Source: Candidatus Saccharimonadota bacterium (GTDB lineage Bacteria; Patescibacteriota; Saccharimonadia; Saccharimonadales; Saccharimonadaceae). Taken from it: 32,000 nt of DNA. Positions within the stretch are counted from its first letter, which is position 1, and each line of letters begins with the position of its first letter. Shown piece by piece: positions 1 through 8,452 of this stretch. The notes below the pieces were generated by a model. It saw nothing but the letters and a program-made list of their open reading frames with translations. It did no database searches and was not told where the DNA came from. The translations under genes and the position numbers were made by a program. The stretch spans positions 240,001 to 272,000 of the forward strand of contig JBAQRV010000001.1 of the NCBI GenBank assembly GCA_049296095.1. Reading direction: 5' to 3'.

Positions 1-51
1 GTATGGATCACATTCGTTCGCATAATCAAAACGGGTGGATCAAGTAGTCTT

Positions 52-80
52 TTGACTGTCGACGCTAGATAATGTATAGT
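52..80 (+). promoter_or_regulatory. Sigma70-like promoter TTGACT-17 nt-TATAGT upstream of the HxlR-family gene
   Basis: TTGACT at 52-57 and TATAGT at 75-80 with a 17-nt spacer. The ATG lies at 91, so the leader would be only a few nt. Confidence 0.5.
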
Positions 81-90
81 AAAAGCAGTT

Positions 91-408
91 ATGAGCACAG
101 AAACTATCGGCTGCGTCAAGGCAGCAACCAAGATCCTCGGCGACAAATGGACCCCCCAGCTGTTACGCTTCTTTGTTAATGAGGAGACGGTTCGTTTTTG
201 CCAGATTCAAGATTTAGTAGAAGGCATCAACCCTCGGACACTCTCCTCTCGACTTGATTATCTTGAAGCTGAAGGTATTATCACCAAACACCCGACGACC
301 TCTGAGAGTCGTTGCGAATACCGTCTTACTCAAAAAGGAAAGGACCTGGTACCAATCCTTCACAATATGCAAACCTGGAGTGACCGATATACAGAGGTCG
401 CAGCCTAA
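91..408 (+). CDS. HxlR-family winged-helix transcriptional regulator
   Basis: 105-aa ORF. 'ILGDKWTPQLL' and 'INPRTLSSRLDYLEAEGII...EYRLTQKGKDL' match the HxlR/MarR-type wHTH pattern. Confidence 0.8.
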   Translation: MSTETIGCVKAATKILGDKWTPQLLRFFVNEETVRFCQIQDLVEGINPRTLSSRLDYLEAEGIITKHPTTSESRCEYRLTQKGKDLVPILHNMQTWSDRYTEVAA

Positions 409-449
409 CTTTCGGGCGTTTTCTCAGCATATTATCAGCCAAATGAGCG

Positions 450-455
450 TATACT
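450..455 (+). promoter_or_regulatory. -10-like TATACT 6 nt upstream of the response-regulator ATG
   Basis: TATACT at 450-455, gap 'aagagt', ATG at 462, and no SD. The gene could instead be co-transcribed with the upstream gene. Confidence 0.3.
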
Positions 456-461
456 AAGAGT

Positions 462-1133
462 ATGAGAGTACTCATTGTTGAAGATGAACACAAGATTGCC
501 CGCGCCTTAAAAAAGACTTTGGAGCAAGAGACTTATGCGGTTGACGTTGCCTATGATGGGGATGAAGGCTATGCAATGGCCACAACTGAACCCTACGACA
601 TCGCCATTATCGATCGAATGCTTCCGGGCAAGTACGATGGTATTGGTATCGTCAAAGGCATGCGTGAAGCCAAAATCCACACCCCTGTTATTTTTCTAAG
701 TGCCCTGGGAAGTGTGAGTGAGCGGACAACTGGCCTTGATGCAGGTGCTGATGATTACCTCGTCAAACCTTTCGCGCTTGAAGAGCTCCTCGCAAGAGTA
801 CGCGCCCTATTGCGCCGTCCTACCGAACAACAGGCAACCATTCTGCGAGCAGGCGACCTGACACTCAATACCGTCACCTACAGCGTCGAGCGCGCCGGCA
901 AACCAATCCAACTTACTAGCAAGGAATTTGCCTTACTTGAATATCTCCTTCGCAACCAGGGACGGCCGATCAGCAAAGAGGTGATTATCAGTCATGTCTG
1001 GGATTACGACGCAGATATCTTACCAAATACTGTTGAAGTCTATATTAAATATCTTCGTAATAAAATTGACACGCCATTCAAGTCACCACTGATCCACACG
1101 GTCAGGGGATTTGGCTACAAGCTCGAGGCATAA
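462..1133 (+). CDS. OmpR/PhoB-family response regulator
   Basis: N-terminal receiver domain (MRVLIVEDE..., IIDRMLPG, 'ADDYLVKPF') and C-terminal winged-helix domain ('LTSKEFALLEYL', 'TVRGFGYKL'). Confidence 0.92.
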   Translation: MRVLIVEDEHKIARALKKTLEQETYAVDVAYDGDEGYAMATTEPYDIAIIDRMLPGKYDGIGIVKGMREAKIHTPVIFLSALGSVSERTTGLDAGADDYLVKPFALEELLARVRALLRRPTEQQATILRAGDLTLNTVTYSVERAGKPIQLTSKEFALLEYLLRNQGRPISKEVIISHVWDYDADILPNTVEVYIKYLRNKIDTPFKSPLIHTVRGFGYKLEA

Positions 1134-1138
1134 CAACA

Positions 1139-2182
1139 ATGTTTCGTTCCGCGACGTTAAAACTGACCGCCTGGTACCTGGCAATCCTCATGACCATTAG
1201 TATCGTTTTTAGTATTGTTATTTTTCAGCTAAATTTCCATGAAGTTGGCGTGCGGCTTGAAAATCTGCAACAGGGCTTAATAAGCGCCGAGTCCCTACAG
1301 CAGATTAGCTTAAGTCAGGTGGGAGAGAGCGCTTTAATCCGCATACAAGCCGAGCAGGCAGCGCTACAAATGTTTCTGTCTCTTATTTATATTAACGCCG
1401 CTATCTTGATTGCAGGTGGAGTAGGCAGTTACTTCCTCGCGAGGCGTACACTCCAGCCGATCGAACGTGCACACGACGCCCAGAGCCGCTTTACAAGCGA
1501 TGCCAGCCATGAACTGCGGACACCGCTCGCAAGTATGAAGACCGAGCTTGAGGTCGCACTTCGCGACAAGTCACTGAGCGCCGAGGAGTCAAGAGAACTC
1601 TTGATCAGTAACCTCGAAGAAGTAAATAAGCTTATTGGCCTATCAGAGATGCTTTTAAAACTGTCAAAGCTTGATTATGACCGATTGGAACGCAAACAGA
1701 TTGATCTGGTTGAACTTTTCCACTCAAAACTCAAAGCATTTCCAAAAGTCGCCAAACGTTTTACTGTTACGACCCGAAAGCGTGCAACCGTTTTTGGAAA
1801 TGAAGCCGCTATCGCTGAGCTCATCACCATCCTGATTGATAACGCTATTAAATATAGTCCTCCTAAAAGTCGTATCATGGTTCGTATCTATGAGCGTCGA
1901 CTAATGGGAGTATTCGAGATCAGCAATAGCGGCCCTGCTATCTCGGCTGACAGACTCCCTCACATCTTTGAACGATTCTACCGAGCTGATGATTCTCGAA
2001 CAGAGAGTGACAAAAAAGGCTATGGACTAGGGCTCGCCATTGCTAAGAAAATTGTCGACATTCACCACGGAGATTTAACGGTTAAGAGTAACGACAAACT
2101 CACCACCTTTACCTTTTCACTGCCAACCGTACGCGGCATCACTTCCACTGTTTCCGACCCTTCACTGCAAGTCAAAGCATAG
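1139..2182 (+). CDS. Sensor histidine kinase (HisKA + HATPase_c)
   Basis: Starts 6 nt after the regulator stop. Two N-terminal TM segments, H-box 'FTSDASHELRTPLA', N-box 'LIDNAIKYS' and G-box 'GYGLGLAIAKKIV'. Confidence 0.92.
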   Translation: MFRSATLKLTAWYLAILMTISIVFSIVIFQLNFHEVGVRLENLQQGLISAESLQQISLSQVGESALIRIQAEQAALQMFLSLIYINAAILIAGGVGSYFLARRTLQPIERAHDAQSRFTSDASHELRTPLASMKTELEVALRDKSLSAEESRELLISNLEEVNKLIGLSEMLLKLSKLDYDRLERKQIDLVELFHSKLKAFPKVAKRFTVTTRKRATVFGNEAAIAELITILIDNAIKYSPPKSRIMVRIYERRLMGVFEISNSGPAISADRLPHIFERFYRADDSRTESDKKGYGLGLAIAKKIVDIHHGDLTVKSNDKLTTFTFSLPTVRGITSTVSDPSLQVKA

Positions 2183-2301
2183 TGGGGAAAATTACAACGA
2201 AATAAGACCTAGTTTTAAGATTCAATTCAGATAACCAGGCAATACTAGAGACAGTAGCGATCAACATGCTACAAAAAAAGTAAAAGGAGAGAGTGAACAC
2301 A

Positions 2302-2787
2302 ATGAATAGCACTATCACCACGACAAGAGAAAAAACAATTTTACTGAGTAAAAAGGGTATGAAGGAGTTAAAAAGAGAGATCGCTCAGCTCGAACATGAC
2401 CGCCAGGCTATCATTCGCAGCCTCCATGACATTGATCGCTCCACCGGCCATGACGATCGCCTACAGAGGGTCGAGAAACTCGCTCAACTCGAAAGCATCG
2501 AATCGAATCTCGCCGACAAACGGCAAACTCTGACCGATGCACGTTTAATCCCATCAAAGCGTGCCCGTATGAAGGTAGCTATCGGATCTGTGGTTGATCT
2601 CATCGACCAACAAGGACGTCTTTTCCGCTACACACTCGTGGATACGATCGAAGCAAACCCAAGTGATGGACGAATTTCCATCGTCAGCCCGCTCGGTAGT
2701 CATCTGGTAGGAAAGACCCTGAAAGATACCGTCGAGTGGAACTCGGGTAGAACAAACACCACCTTCCGACTCGTACGGATTGGCTAG
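2302..2787 (+). CDS. GreA/GreB-family (Gre-factor-like) protein with a non-canonical N-terminal coiled coil
   Basis: The C-terminal 'VAIGSVVDL...ISIVSPLGSHLVGKTLKDTVEW...RLVRIG' matches the Gre C-terminal domain. AAGGAG lies at 2284-2289. A GTG at 2293 is an alternative start. Confidence 0.7.
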   Translation: MNSTITTTREKTILLSKKGMKELKREIAQLEHDRQAIIRSLHDIDRSTGHDDRLQRVEKLAQLESIESNLADKRQTLTDARLIPSKRARMKVAIGSVVDLIDQQGRLFRYTLVDTIEANPSDGRISIVSPLGSHLVGKTLKDTVEWNSGRTNTTFRLVRIG

Positions 2788-2804
2788 TAGTGTCGGTAAA
2801 GAGA

Positions 2805-2835
2805 AAAGACAGCCTCCTTTAAGGGGGCTGTTTTT
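2805..2835 (+). terminator. Rho-independent terminator after the Gre-like gene
   Basis: Stem cagcctcc (2810-2817) pairs with gggggctg (2823-2830), loop tttaa, then TTTTT (2831-2835). Confidence 0.7.
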
Positions 2836-2843
2836 GATACAAT
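2835..2843 (+). promoter_or_regulatory. Extended -10 box TGATACAAT, 7 nt upstream of the ATPase ATG (leaderless arrangement)
   Basis: TGATACAAT at 2835-2843, gap 'agtgcta', ATG at 2851, and no SD. Confidence 0.5.
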
Positions 2844-2850
2844 AGTGCTA

Positions 2851-5382
2851 ATGCTTTTCTATCATCAATCCGTCCAAGCCACCTATGACGAACTCCGCAG
2901 CGGCCCTGACGGATTATCGAAACGCGAGGCCAGTACCCGTCTTGAAACCTATGGCCCAAATGCCATCCAACTCAAGGGCGAACCTCTGTGGCGAAAATTA
3001 GTCGAGCCGTTTGCCAATGTCTTTATGGGTGTCTTGCTTGTCGCGGCCGTTATTAGTTTCATCCATGATGCCGTGTTTGATGCTTTGCTAATTATCGCCA
3101 TCATGCTGGTGAGTGCTGTTATCTACTACATTCAGCGCTTTTCAACTGAGCGTATCCTACGATCTTTACAGAAACGTTCCGCGCAGGAAGTAGAAGTTAT
3201 AAGGGGTGGCGAAACAGTCTCGGTTGACGTCAGCGAGTTAGTTCCAGGTGACCTTATCAAACTTAGCGAAGGCGACAAGGTGCCAGCCGATATCCGCCTC
3301 ACCGTCGCAAGTTCGGTTCGAACTGATGAAGCCGTCCTGACCGGAGAGTCGGCGCCAGTAAGCAAGAATCCCGACACGCTTGGCGAAAAGAAAGAAGTCT
3401 ATGAGCAGAGCAATATGCTGTTTCAGGGCTCTTTTATCGTCTCGGGACAGGCAACGGGTATCGTCGTCCATACTGGTAACCAGACAGAGTTCGGGCGGAT
3501 CGCTGCCCTAACGAACCAAAGCCCCGAAATGACCACCAGTCCTGTCCAAAAGAAGATTGATAAACTCTTGGCTTATATTGTTGCAGGTGTCGGTGGTATC
3601 GCGGTCATCGCCTTTATCCTGGCGCTGGCGAGAGGAACCGAGTTTGTTGAAGCATTGCGCTTTGTTATGGCCCTGTCGGTCTCGGCCGTCCCCGAAAGTC
3701 TGCCGGTTGCTATCTCGGTCATTCTTGTTCTGGGTATGCGCCGTATGGCGGCAAAAAAAGCCCTAGTGCGCACAATGGCAGCGATTGAAACCATCGGCGT
3801 TATTACCACCATCGCGACCGACAAAACCGGTACTCTAACTGAAAATAAACTATCCGTCCAGGAAACATGGACCCTTCCTGGCACCAAGCATCACCTCCCG
3901 ACCATTGTGCATCGAACCATTAATCATCATGGTGATCGGAGCCGTGATCCGCTCGATATTGCTATGATCGAGTTTACCTCTGCCCAAGAAGCGGTAAAAT
4001 TACACGGCGAATCAGTTGCCAAGCTGCCCTTCGATCAAGCCTATTCCATGAGTGGTAATGTCTGGCACCACAAAGGAAAATATGAGCTGGTTATTAAGGG
4101 TGCCCCTGAGCAGGTGATAGCCCGTAGTCAACTTACTAAAATCCAGAAGGACCATATTGAACTCGCGTTGCAAGCCCTGACTAGCCGAGGCTATCGTGTT
4201 ATCGCCCTGGCGTCTGCGCCGCTGACAAAGCCTGTCGAATCTTTTGCGGACATGCACGCCAAGTTGCAATTTGAGTTTGTCGGCCTCCTCGCCGTCGCCG
4301 ATACCCTTCGCCCTGCTGCACGGCGAGCTATCCAGACCGCTCAGGCGGCTGGTGTATCGGTTCGAATGATTACTGGTGACCATTTTGAAACAGCCTACCA
4401 TATTGGCCTACAGCTCGGCTTGATCCAGTCCCGCGACCAGGTGTTTGATAGCCGACTGATGAGCGATCTGAGTGATAAAGAGCTTACGAAACGTATTATC
4501 GACGCTCGTGTCTTCTCGCGGGTCACTCCAGAAAACAAGTTCCGTATCTTACAAATCCTAAAGGCCAAAGAGGTAACCGCCATGACAGGTGATGGTGTCA
4601 ATGACGTCCCAGCCTTAACAAATGCCAATGTCGGCGTTGCGATGGGGAGTGGTTCGCAAATCGCCAAAGACGCTGGCGACATCATCCTTTTGAATGACAA
4701 CTTTGCCAGTATTGTCCGAGCGATGCGCGAAGGCAGGATTATCTTCGCCAATATCCGTCGCATGCTTTTCTACCTCTTATCTACCAATCTTGGTGAGGTT
4801 GTCGTATCGATCGGTGCTCTGATCATCGGCATGCCTTTACCACTAGTACCGATTCAGATCCTTTGGATTAACCTTGTCACCGACACCACTATGGTGATTC
4901 CACTGGGGCTCGAACCAGGCGAGAAGGATGTCATGAAACGTAAACCAATTATCCCGACCTCTCCCTTACTGAGCTGGTATATGATTGGTCGTGTTCTCTT
5001 GGTTGCGGTCGTGATGGGCCTACTGACGCTCGCTATGTACGCTTTCTTTGCAGCCCAGTATGGCAATGCCTATGGGCAAACCATTGCCTTTACGGCCCTC
5101 GTCGTGATGCAGTGGGCCAATGCCTTTAATGCCCGCAGCACCTATCAATCCGTCTTTACGCGCCTCAAGGTCTGGAACAAGACCTTCTATATCGGCCTCG
5201 CGATTTCTGTCTTCTTGCAGGTTATTGCCGTTCTGGGGCCACTCCAGGGCCTACTGCACATCCATCCGGTCGCACTCGGTGACTTATTTACCACCAGTCT
5301 GATTGCCTTCTTTGCACTTATCCTCGTTGTCGAGATCCATAAGTTCTTTGGACGACGATTGATTAAAGATCCTCTCGAATAA
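2851..5382 (+). CDS. Cation-transporting P-type ATPase (P2-type, Ca2+/Mg2+-like)
   Basis: Contains 'TGES', the phosphorylation motif 'DKTGTLT', 'MITGD' and 'TGDGVNDVPAL', with about 10 TM segments. A GTG at 2845 is an alternative start. Confidence 0.92.
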   Translation: MLFYHQSVQATYDELRSGPDGLSKREASTRLETYGPNAIQLKGEPLWRKLVEPFANVFMGVLLVAAVISFIHDAVFDALLIIAIMLVSAVIYYIQRFSTERILRSLQKRSAQEVEVIRGGETVSVDVSELVPGDLIKLSEGDKVPADIRLTVASSVRTDEAVLTGESAPVSKNPDTLGEKKEVYEQSNMLFQGSFIVSGQATGIVVHTGNQTEFGRIAALTNQSPEMTTSPVQKKIDKLLAYIVAGVGGIAVIAFILALARGTEFVEALRFVMALSVSAVPESLPVAISVILVLGMRRMAAKKALVRTMAAIETIGVITTIATDKTGTLTENKLSVQETWTLPGTKHHLPTIVHRTINHHGDRSRDPLDIAMIEFTSAQEAVKLHGESVAKLPFDQAYSMSGNVWHHKGKYELVIKGAPEQVIARSQLTKIQKDHIELALQALTSRGYRVIALASAPLTKPVESFADMHAKLQFEFVGLLAVADTLRPAARRAIQTAQAAGVSVRMITGDHFETAYHIGLQLGLIQSRDQVFDSRLMSDLSDKELTKRIIDARVFSRVTPENKFRILQILKAKEVTAMTGDGVNDVPALTNANVGVAMGSGSQIAKDAGDIILLNDNFASIVRAMREGRIIFANIRRMLFYLLSTNLGEVVVSIGALIIGMPLPLVPIQILWINLVTDTTMVIPLGLEPGEKDVMKRKPIIPTSPLLSWYMIGRVLLVAVVMGLLTLAMYAFFAAQYGNAYGQTIAFTALVVMQWANAFNARSTYQSVFTRLKVWNKTFYIGLAISVFLQVIAVLGPLQGLLHIHPVALGDLFTTSLIAFFALILVVEIHKFFGRRLIKDPLE

Positions 5383-5409
5383 AAAACACTCGGCCTTTGC
5401 GAGTGTTTT
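5383..5409. terminator. Bidirectional hairpin terminator between convergent genes
   Basis: aaaacactcg (5383-5392) pairs with cgagtgtttt (5400-5409), loop gcctttg. An A-run lies before the stem and a T-run after it. Confidence 0.7.
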
Positions 5410-5431
5410 AATTGAAGATCAAGACTTACCC

Positions 5432-5683
5432 CTAAGATATAATGCTGAGCAATGTCCAGTTACCACCGTGGTTGTCACTGCGTAGTCGATACTGAGATTG
5501 TCCATCGGTCAGAGTAATGATCTCTGCCATTGATTCACCAGAGCGGACCAGGCAGCGGAGGCCAGCATCGATAAACTCGTAGATAGTTCCGCGAAATTCC
5601 ATGCGGCGTGGGTAAGCGGCTAGGTTCTTCTTAAATCCCATTTTTGTAACAGCGACTTCTTCATTGATAGTGATACGATTCAT
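5432..5683 (-). CDS. Hypothetical small protein (83 aa)
   Basis: ORF with a GGAGA SD (5692-5696 on plus) 8 nt upstream of the ATG at 5683. I recognised no family. Confidence 0.5.
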   Translation of the reverse strand: MNRITINEEVAVTKMGFKKNLAAYPRRMEFRGTIYEFIDAGLRCLVRSGESMAEIITLTDGQSQYRLRSDNHGGNWTLLSIIS

Positions 5684-6031
5684 GATTGTTTTCTCCAAAA
5701 GTTTTATTGTTTATCTAGTAACGCAAAAAGGCTGAACAAAGAGTTGATCAGCAGCGGATTTTGGAGGAGTGATTTGGAGAGGGGAGAGAGACCGCGTAGA
5801 CTCTATACCTTTTTACCAAATATCACATTAGATTGTATCGATTATCAGGGGCGCCTAGGTCTAGATCCTGGTGTGCATGACATCGTTGGTGGCTCTATAA
5901 GCCTGTAAGTAGAAATCCTCGCAGAAGTACTCACATGACTATCCTTAGTATACACCCGCCATTAGCATGAGCGTCAAGAGCTAAATAGACAACTCATCAC
6001 GCTGTCGCTTATTTACTTTTTAATGGTTTTG

Positions 6032-6040
6032 TGCTATAAC
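6032..6040 (+). promoter_or_regulatory. Extended -10-like TGCTATAAC in low-GC DNA upstream of the high-GC LPXTG gene
   Basis: It shares 'tgtgctataa' with the 8751-8760 promoter-like element. It would give a ~135-nt leader. Confidence 0.35.
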
Positions 6041-6095
6041 TATCCCCAAGCGTGTGAGCCTGTCTTTTTGATGTGGCTTGCAAGCACATCAGACA

Positions 6096-6106
6096 ATTCG
6101 ACTCAC
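6096..6106. repeat. Left copy of an 11-bp inverted repeat (attcgactcac) bracketing the LPXTG gene
   Basis: Exact reverse complement of 8261-8271. Confidence 0.5.
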
Positions 6107-6179
6107 AAGCCTATAACTTAATAGGCAAGACCATTCCTATCCATCAACCGTGCCCCTAGGGCACAGAGAGAAGGCCATC

Positions 6180-8264
6180 ATGGCATTCTTGTCCACGCTG
6201 GGATCTCGAAAGAAATCCCTGCTGACAGTGGTGACGGCAACCGCCGCCGCCTGTCTGCTCGCCCTGGCACCGCTCAGTGCGAACGCCGAAGGCGAACCTG
6301 ATCCGAACACCGAGGTCGTCACGACCGAAGGGGCATCCGCCCCCGAGGAAGAGACGGCACCGATCGAGGAGACGGAGGAGGTGACCGACGAGACGCCCGC
6401 CACCGAGGAATCCATCGCGGATTCCGAGAAGGAGATCGTCACCGAGGAATCCTCCAGGAAGATGCCCAAGAAGGTTTTCGTCTGCAAGTACGTCGGTACC
6501 CCCGGCGTCGACGAGGCCCTTCAGACCGGGCAGAACCCCATCTCGGTATCGGTCAACAGCATCCAGAACTGGGATGGTATCATCCCGGGCTACTTCTCGG
6601 ACGCTCACGATCGTTCCTACGTCCTCGAATACGACGAGGGTCAGGAAGAGCCGGATGTCTCGGAGTGCCCCGACCCGGATGACCCGTTCAACTGGGACTG
6701 GGAGTACGCAGCCCCGACATGCACCGCGCTGACCGTCGTCTACCCCTCGGACATCCCGAGCGGACAGGCGAACGATGTCAACGTGCGCATCGAGAACCTT
6801 CTCACCAACCAGGAGCTCACGCTGAACTTCCACAAGGACAGCGGCACCTGGAGCGGGACGAAGGTCTTCGATTTCACCACCCACCCGAACTGGCCGAACT
6901 GGTCGTACTACAAGGTGGAGTGGGTGCAGGTCGCAGGTACGAACTACCACTGGGAGGGCACCGTGACGTGCGGCACCCCGCCGCCGCCCGTCGTGCAGCA
7001 GTGTACCGCACCCAACGCGCCGATCACGCTCACCAACCTCGACGACATGTTCTTCGAGGACCGGCAGAACCCGAGTGACCCCACCAACAAGGGGACACAC
7101 GAGCTCGTCGACGGTGGTATCGAGATCAGCACGACCGGTGGCGGTTACTACTCGAAGTCCGCCGGCTACATCGCGGTTGACATCCCCTTCGAGGAGATCG
7201 GGTCGCCCAGCTTGGGCTACACGGTCTACTCCGGAGCGAGCGCCGGCCTGAACCTCACCCTGTACAAGAATGGGGTGTGGTTCGGTAACCTGGTGTACGA
7301 ACCGCTCTTCGCGGAGTGGTGGATCAACAAGGCTGTTCCCGGCATGTCCGCGGGACCGAACCCGGGCTACCAGCTCGCGTACGGAACCCTGGACGAGTTC
7401 CTGCAGGCCTTCGTGGCCAACGGATGGGACGTCGACGTCAAGGCGATCGGCTACTCGCTCGGTTCGAACGCGGTCGGTGCAGGCCTGGTAACCTCCCTGG
7501 TCATCGGGTGCGACACCTACTTGTTCGACAAGGCGTTCGTCGCTCCGACCGCGTCCGCGCAGATCATCTGCACGGAAGGTGACCCGTCGCTCGAGGTGAC
7601 AGGTACGGCCGGATCCGAGGAGACCGAGTTCCAGACGCAGATTTTCGGCGTCACGGTGCACACCGAGACGGTTGCCCCTTACGGTAGCTACTCGTATCCC
7701 GATCCGATCTCGGAGTTCCAGAATGGTGACAGCTTTACCGTCACCGTTCTCGCGAACGGCGTGGCGGTCTTTGGACCGACGGAGTTCACGATCGACTGTG
7801 AAGAGCCCGAGGAGCCGACGATTGTCGTCCCCGAGAGCCCGACCATGGTCGATCCGTGTGGCACCGACGACGACTCGTTCACCCTGCCGAGCGCTGAGCC
7901 CGGAGAGACCGAGTCGGTGACGGACGAAGGCACCTACACCGCCGACGACCAGCGCGACGAGAACGGCGTCGGTGACGTGATCGTGACGTTCACGCCCGCA
8001 GAAGGTTTCGTGGTGTCTGACACCAAGAACGCCGACTACGAGCTGGACGAGAACGGCAACGCCGTCTGGACCTTCACGTTCACCGACGAGAAGTGCCCAA
8101 CCAACCCGCCCGTGACGCCGCCCAGCACCACTGGGCTGCCGAACACCGGCTCTGGCAACCCGCTGCCCTTCGTGGGGGTCGGCTTCCTGCTGTTGTTTGC
8201 TGGATTGAGCTTCGTGCTCATCCAGCAGCGCCGTCGGAACAAGGCCAACGCCTCGGCCGAGTGA
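6180..8264 (+). CDS. Secreted LPXTG-anchored cell-wall surface protein (sortase substrate), foreign high-GC composition
   Basis: Signal peptide '...LLALAPLSANA/EGEPD', an acidic E/T/P-rich stalk, Cys-containing globular regions and a PPPP linker. C-terminal 'LPNTG' is followed by a hydrophobic stretch and 'QQRRRNK'. AGAAGG lies 5 nt upstream of the ATG at 6180. Confidence 0.85.
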   Translation: MAFLSTLGSRKKSLLTVVTATAAACLLALAPLSANAEGEPDPNTEVVTTEGASAPEEETAPIEETEEVTDETPATEESIADSEKEIVTEESSRKMPKKVFVCKYVGTPGVDEALQTGQNPISVSVNSIQNWDGIIPGYFSDAHDRSYVLEYDEGQEEPDVSECPDPDDPFNWDWEYAAPTCTALTVVYPSDIPSGQANDVNVRIENLLTNQELTLNFHKDSGTWSGTKVFDFTTHPNWPNWSYYKVEWVQVAGTNYHWEGTVTCGTPPPPVVQQCTAPNAPITLTNLDDMFFEDRQNPSDPTNKGTHELVDGGIEISTTGGGYYSKSAGYIAVDIPFEEIGSPSLGYTVYSGASAGLNLTLYKNGVWFGNLVYEPLFAEWWINKAVPGMSAGPNPGYQLAYGTLDEFLQAFVANGWDVDVKAIGYSLGSNAVGAGLVTSLVIGCDTYLFDKAFVAPTASAQIICTEGDPSLEVTGTAGSEETEFQTQIFGVTVHTETVAPYGSYSYPDPISEFQNGDSFTVTVLANGVAVFGPTEFTIDCEEPEEPTIVVPESPTMVDPCGTDDDSFTLPSAEPGETESVTDEGTYTADDQRDENGVGDVIVTFTPAEGFVVSDTKNADYELDENGNAVWTFTFTDEKCPTNPPVTPPSTTGLPNTGSGNPLPFVGVGFLLLFAGLSFVLIQQRRRNKANASAE

Positions 8265-8271
8265 GTCGAAT
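8261..8271. repeat. Right copy of the 11-bp inverted repeat (gtgagtcgaat), overlapping the LPXTG gene stop codon
   Basis: Exact reverse complement of 6096-6106. Confidence 0.5.
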
Positions 8272-8336
8272 CAGAACCCGTGTCTAGCGGCCTCTAGATA
8301 ATCAGTTCTGCCCTCGCAATAGGGCATCGAGCAACA

Positions 8337-8385
8337 GGGACCCCCGATCAGCTTCACGGCTGTGACGGGGTCCCTTCTCAATTTC
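8337..8385 (+). terminator. GC-rich hairpin terminator candidate after the LPXTG gene
   Basis: gggacccc (8337-8344) pairs with ggggtccc (8367-8374) and is followed by 'ttctcaatttc'. A smaller hairpin (tgccct/agggca) lies at 8309-8326. Confidence 0.5.
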
Positions 8386-8452
8386 AGAGTAATTTTTCAA
8401 ATCATAAACATAAGCGTATACTGTACTTACAACCTAAAGGAGGACGATAGGT

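Larger units (their letters stand above)
6145..8385. other. Compositional island (~65% GC against a ~37-50% background), putative horizontally acquired segment
   Basis: Hand counts of 60-nt lines: 6301-6360 = 40/60 GC and 7501-7560 = 39/60. Outside the island, 5701-5760 = 22/60, 8401-8460 = 23/60 and 9001-9060 = 29/60. Confidence 0.75.

Noticed and set aside
5850-5865. Cluster of 6-bp palindromic restriction-type sites (GGCGCC, CCTAGG, TCTAGA) resembling a polylinker or vector remnant
   Set aside because: Similar CTAG-containing palindromes occur elsewhere in ordinary context (6154-6159, 8293-8298, 13305-13314). This fits a genome that does not avoid CTAG, and no other vector-like sequence is present.
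6156-7661. 501-aa ORF on the minus strand, plus several 60-120-aa ORFs in both strands inside the high-GC island
   Set aside because: These are stop-poor shadow frames of a 65% GC coding region. The products are Arg/Gly/Val/Asp-rich with no domain signatures and no start context. The plus-strand frame has a coherent signal peptide, domains and LPXTG architecture.
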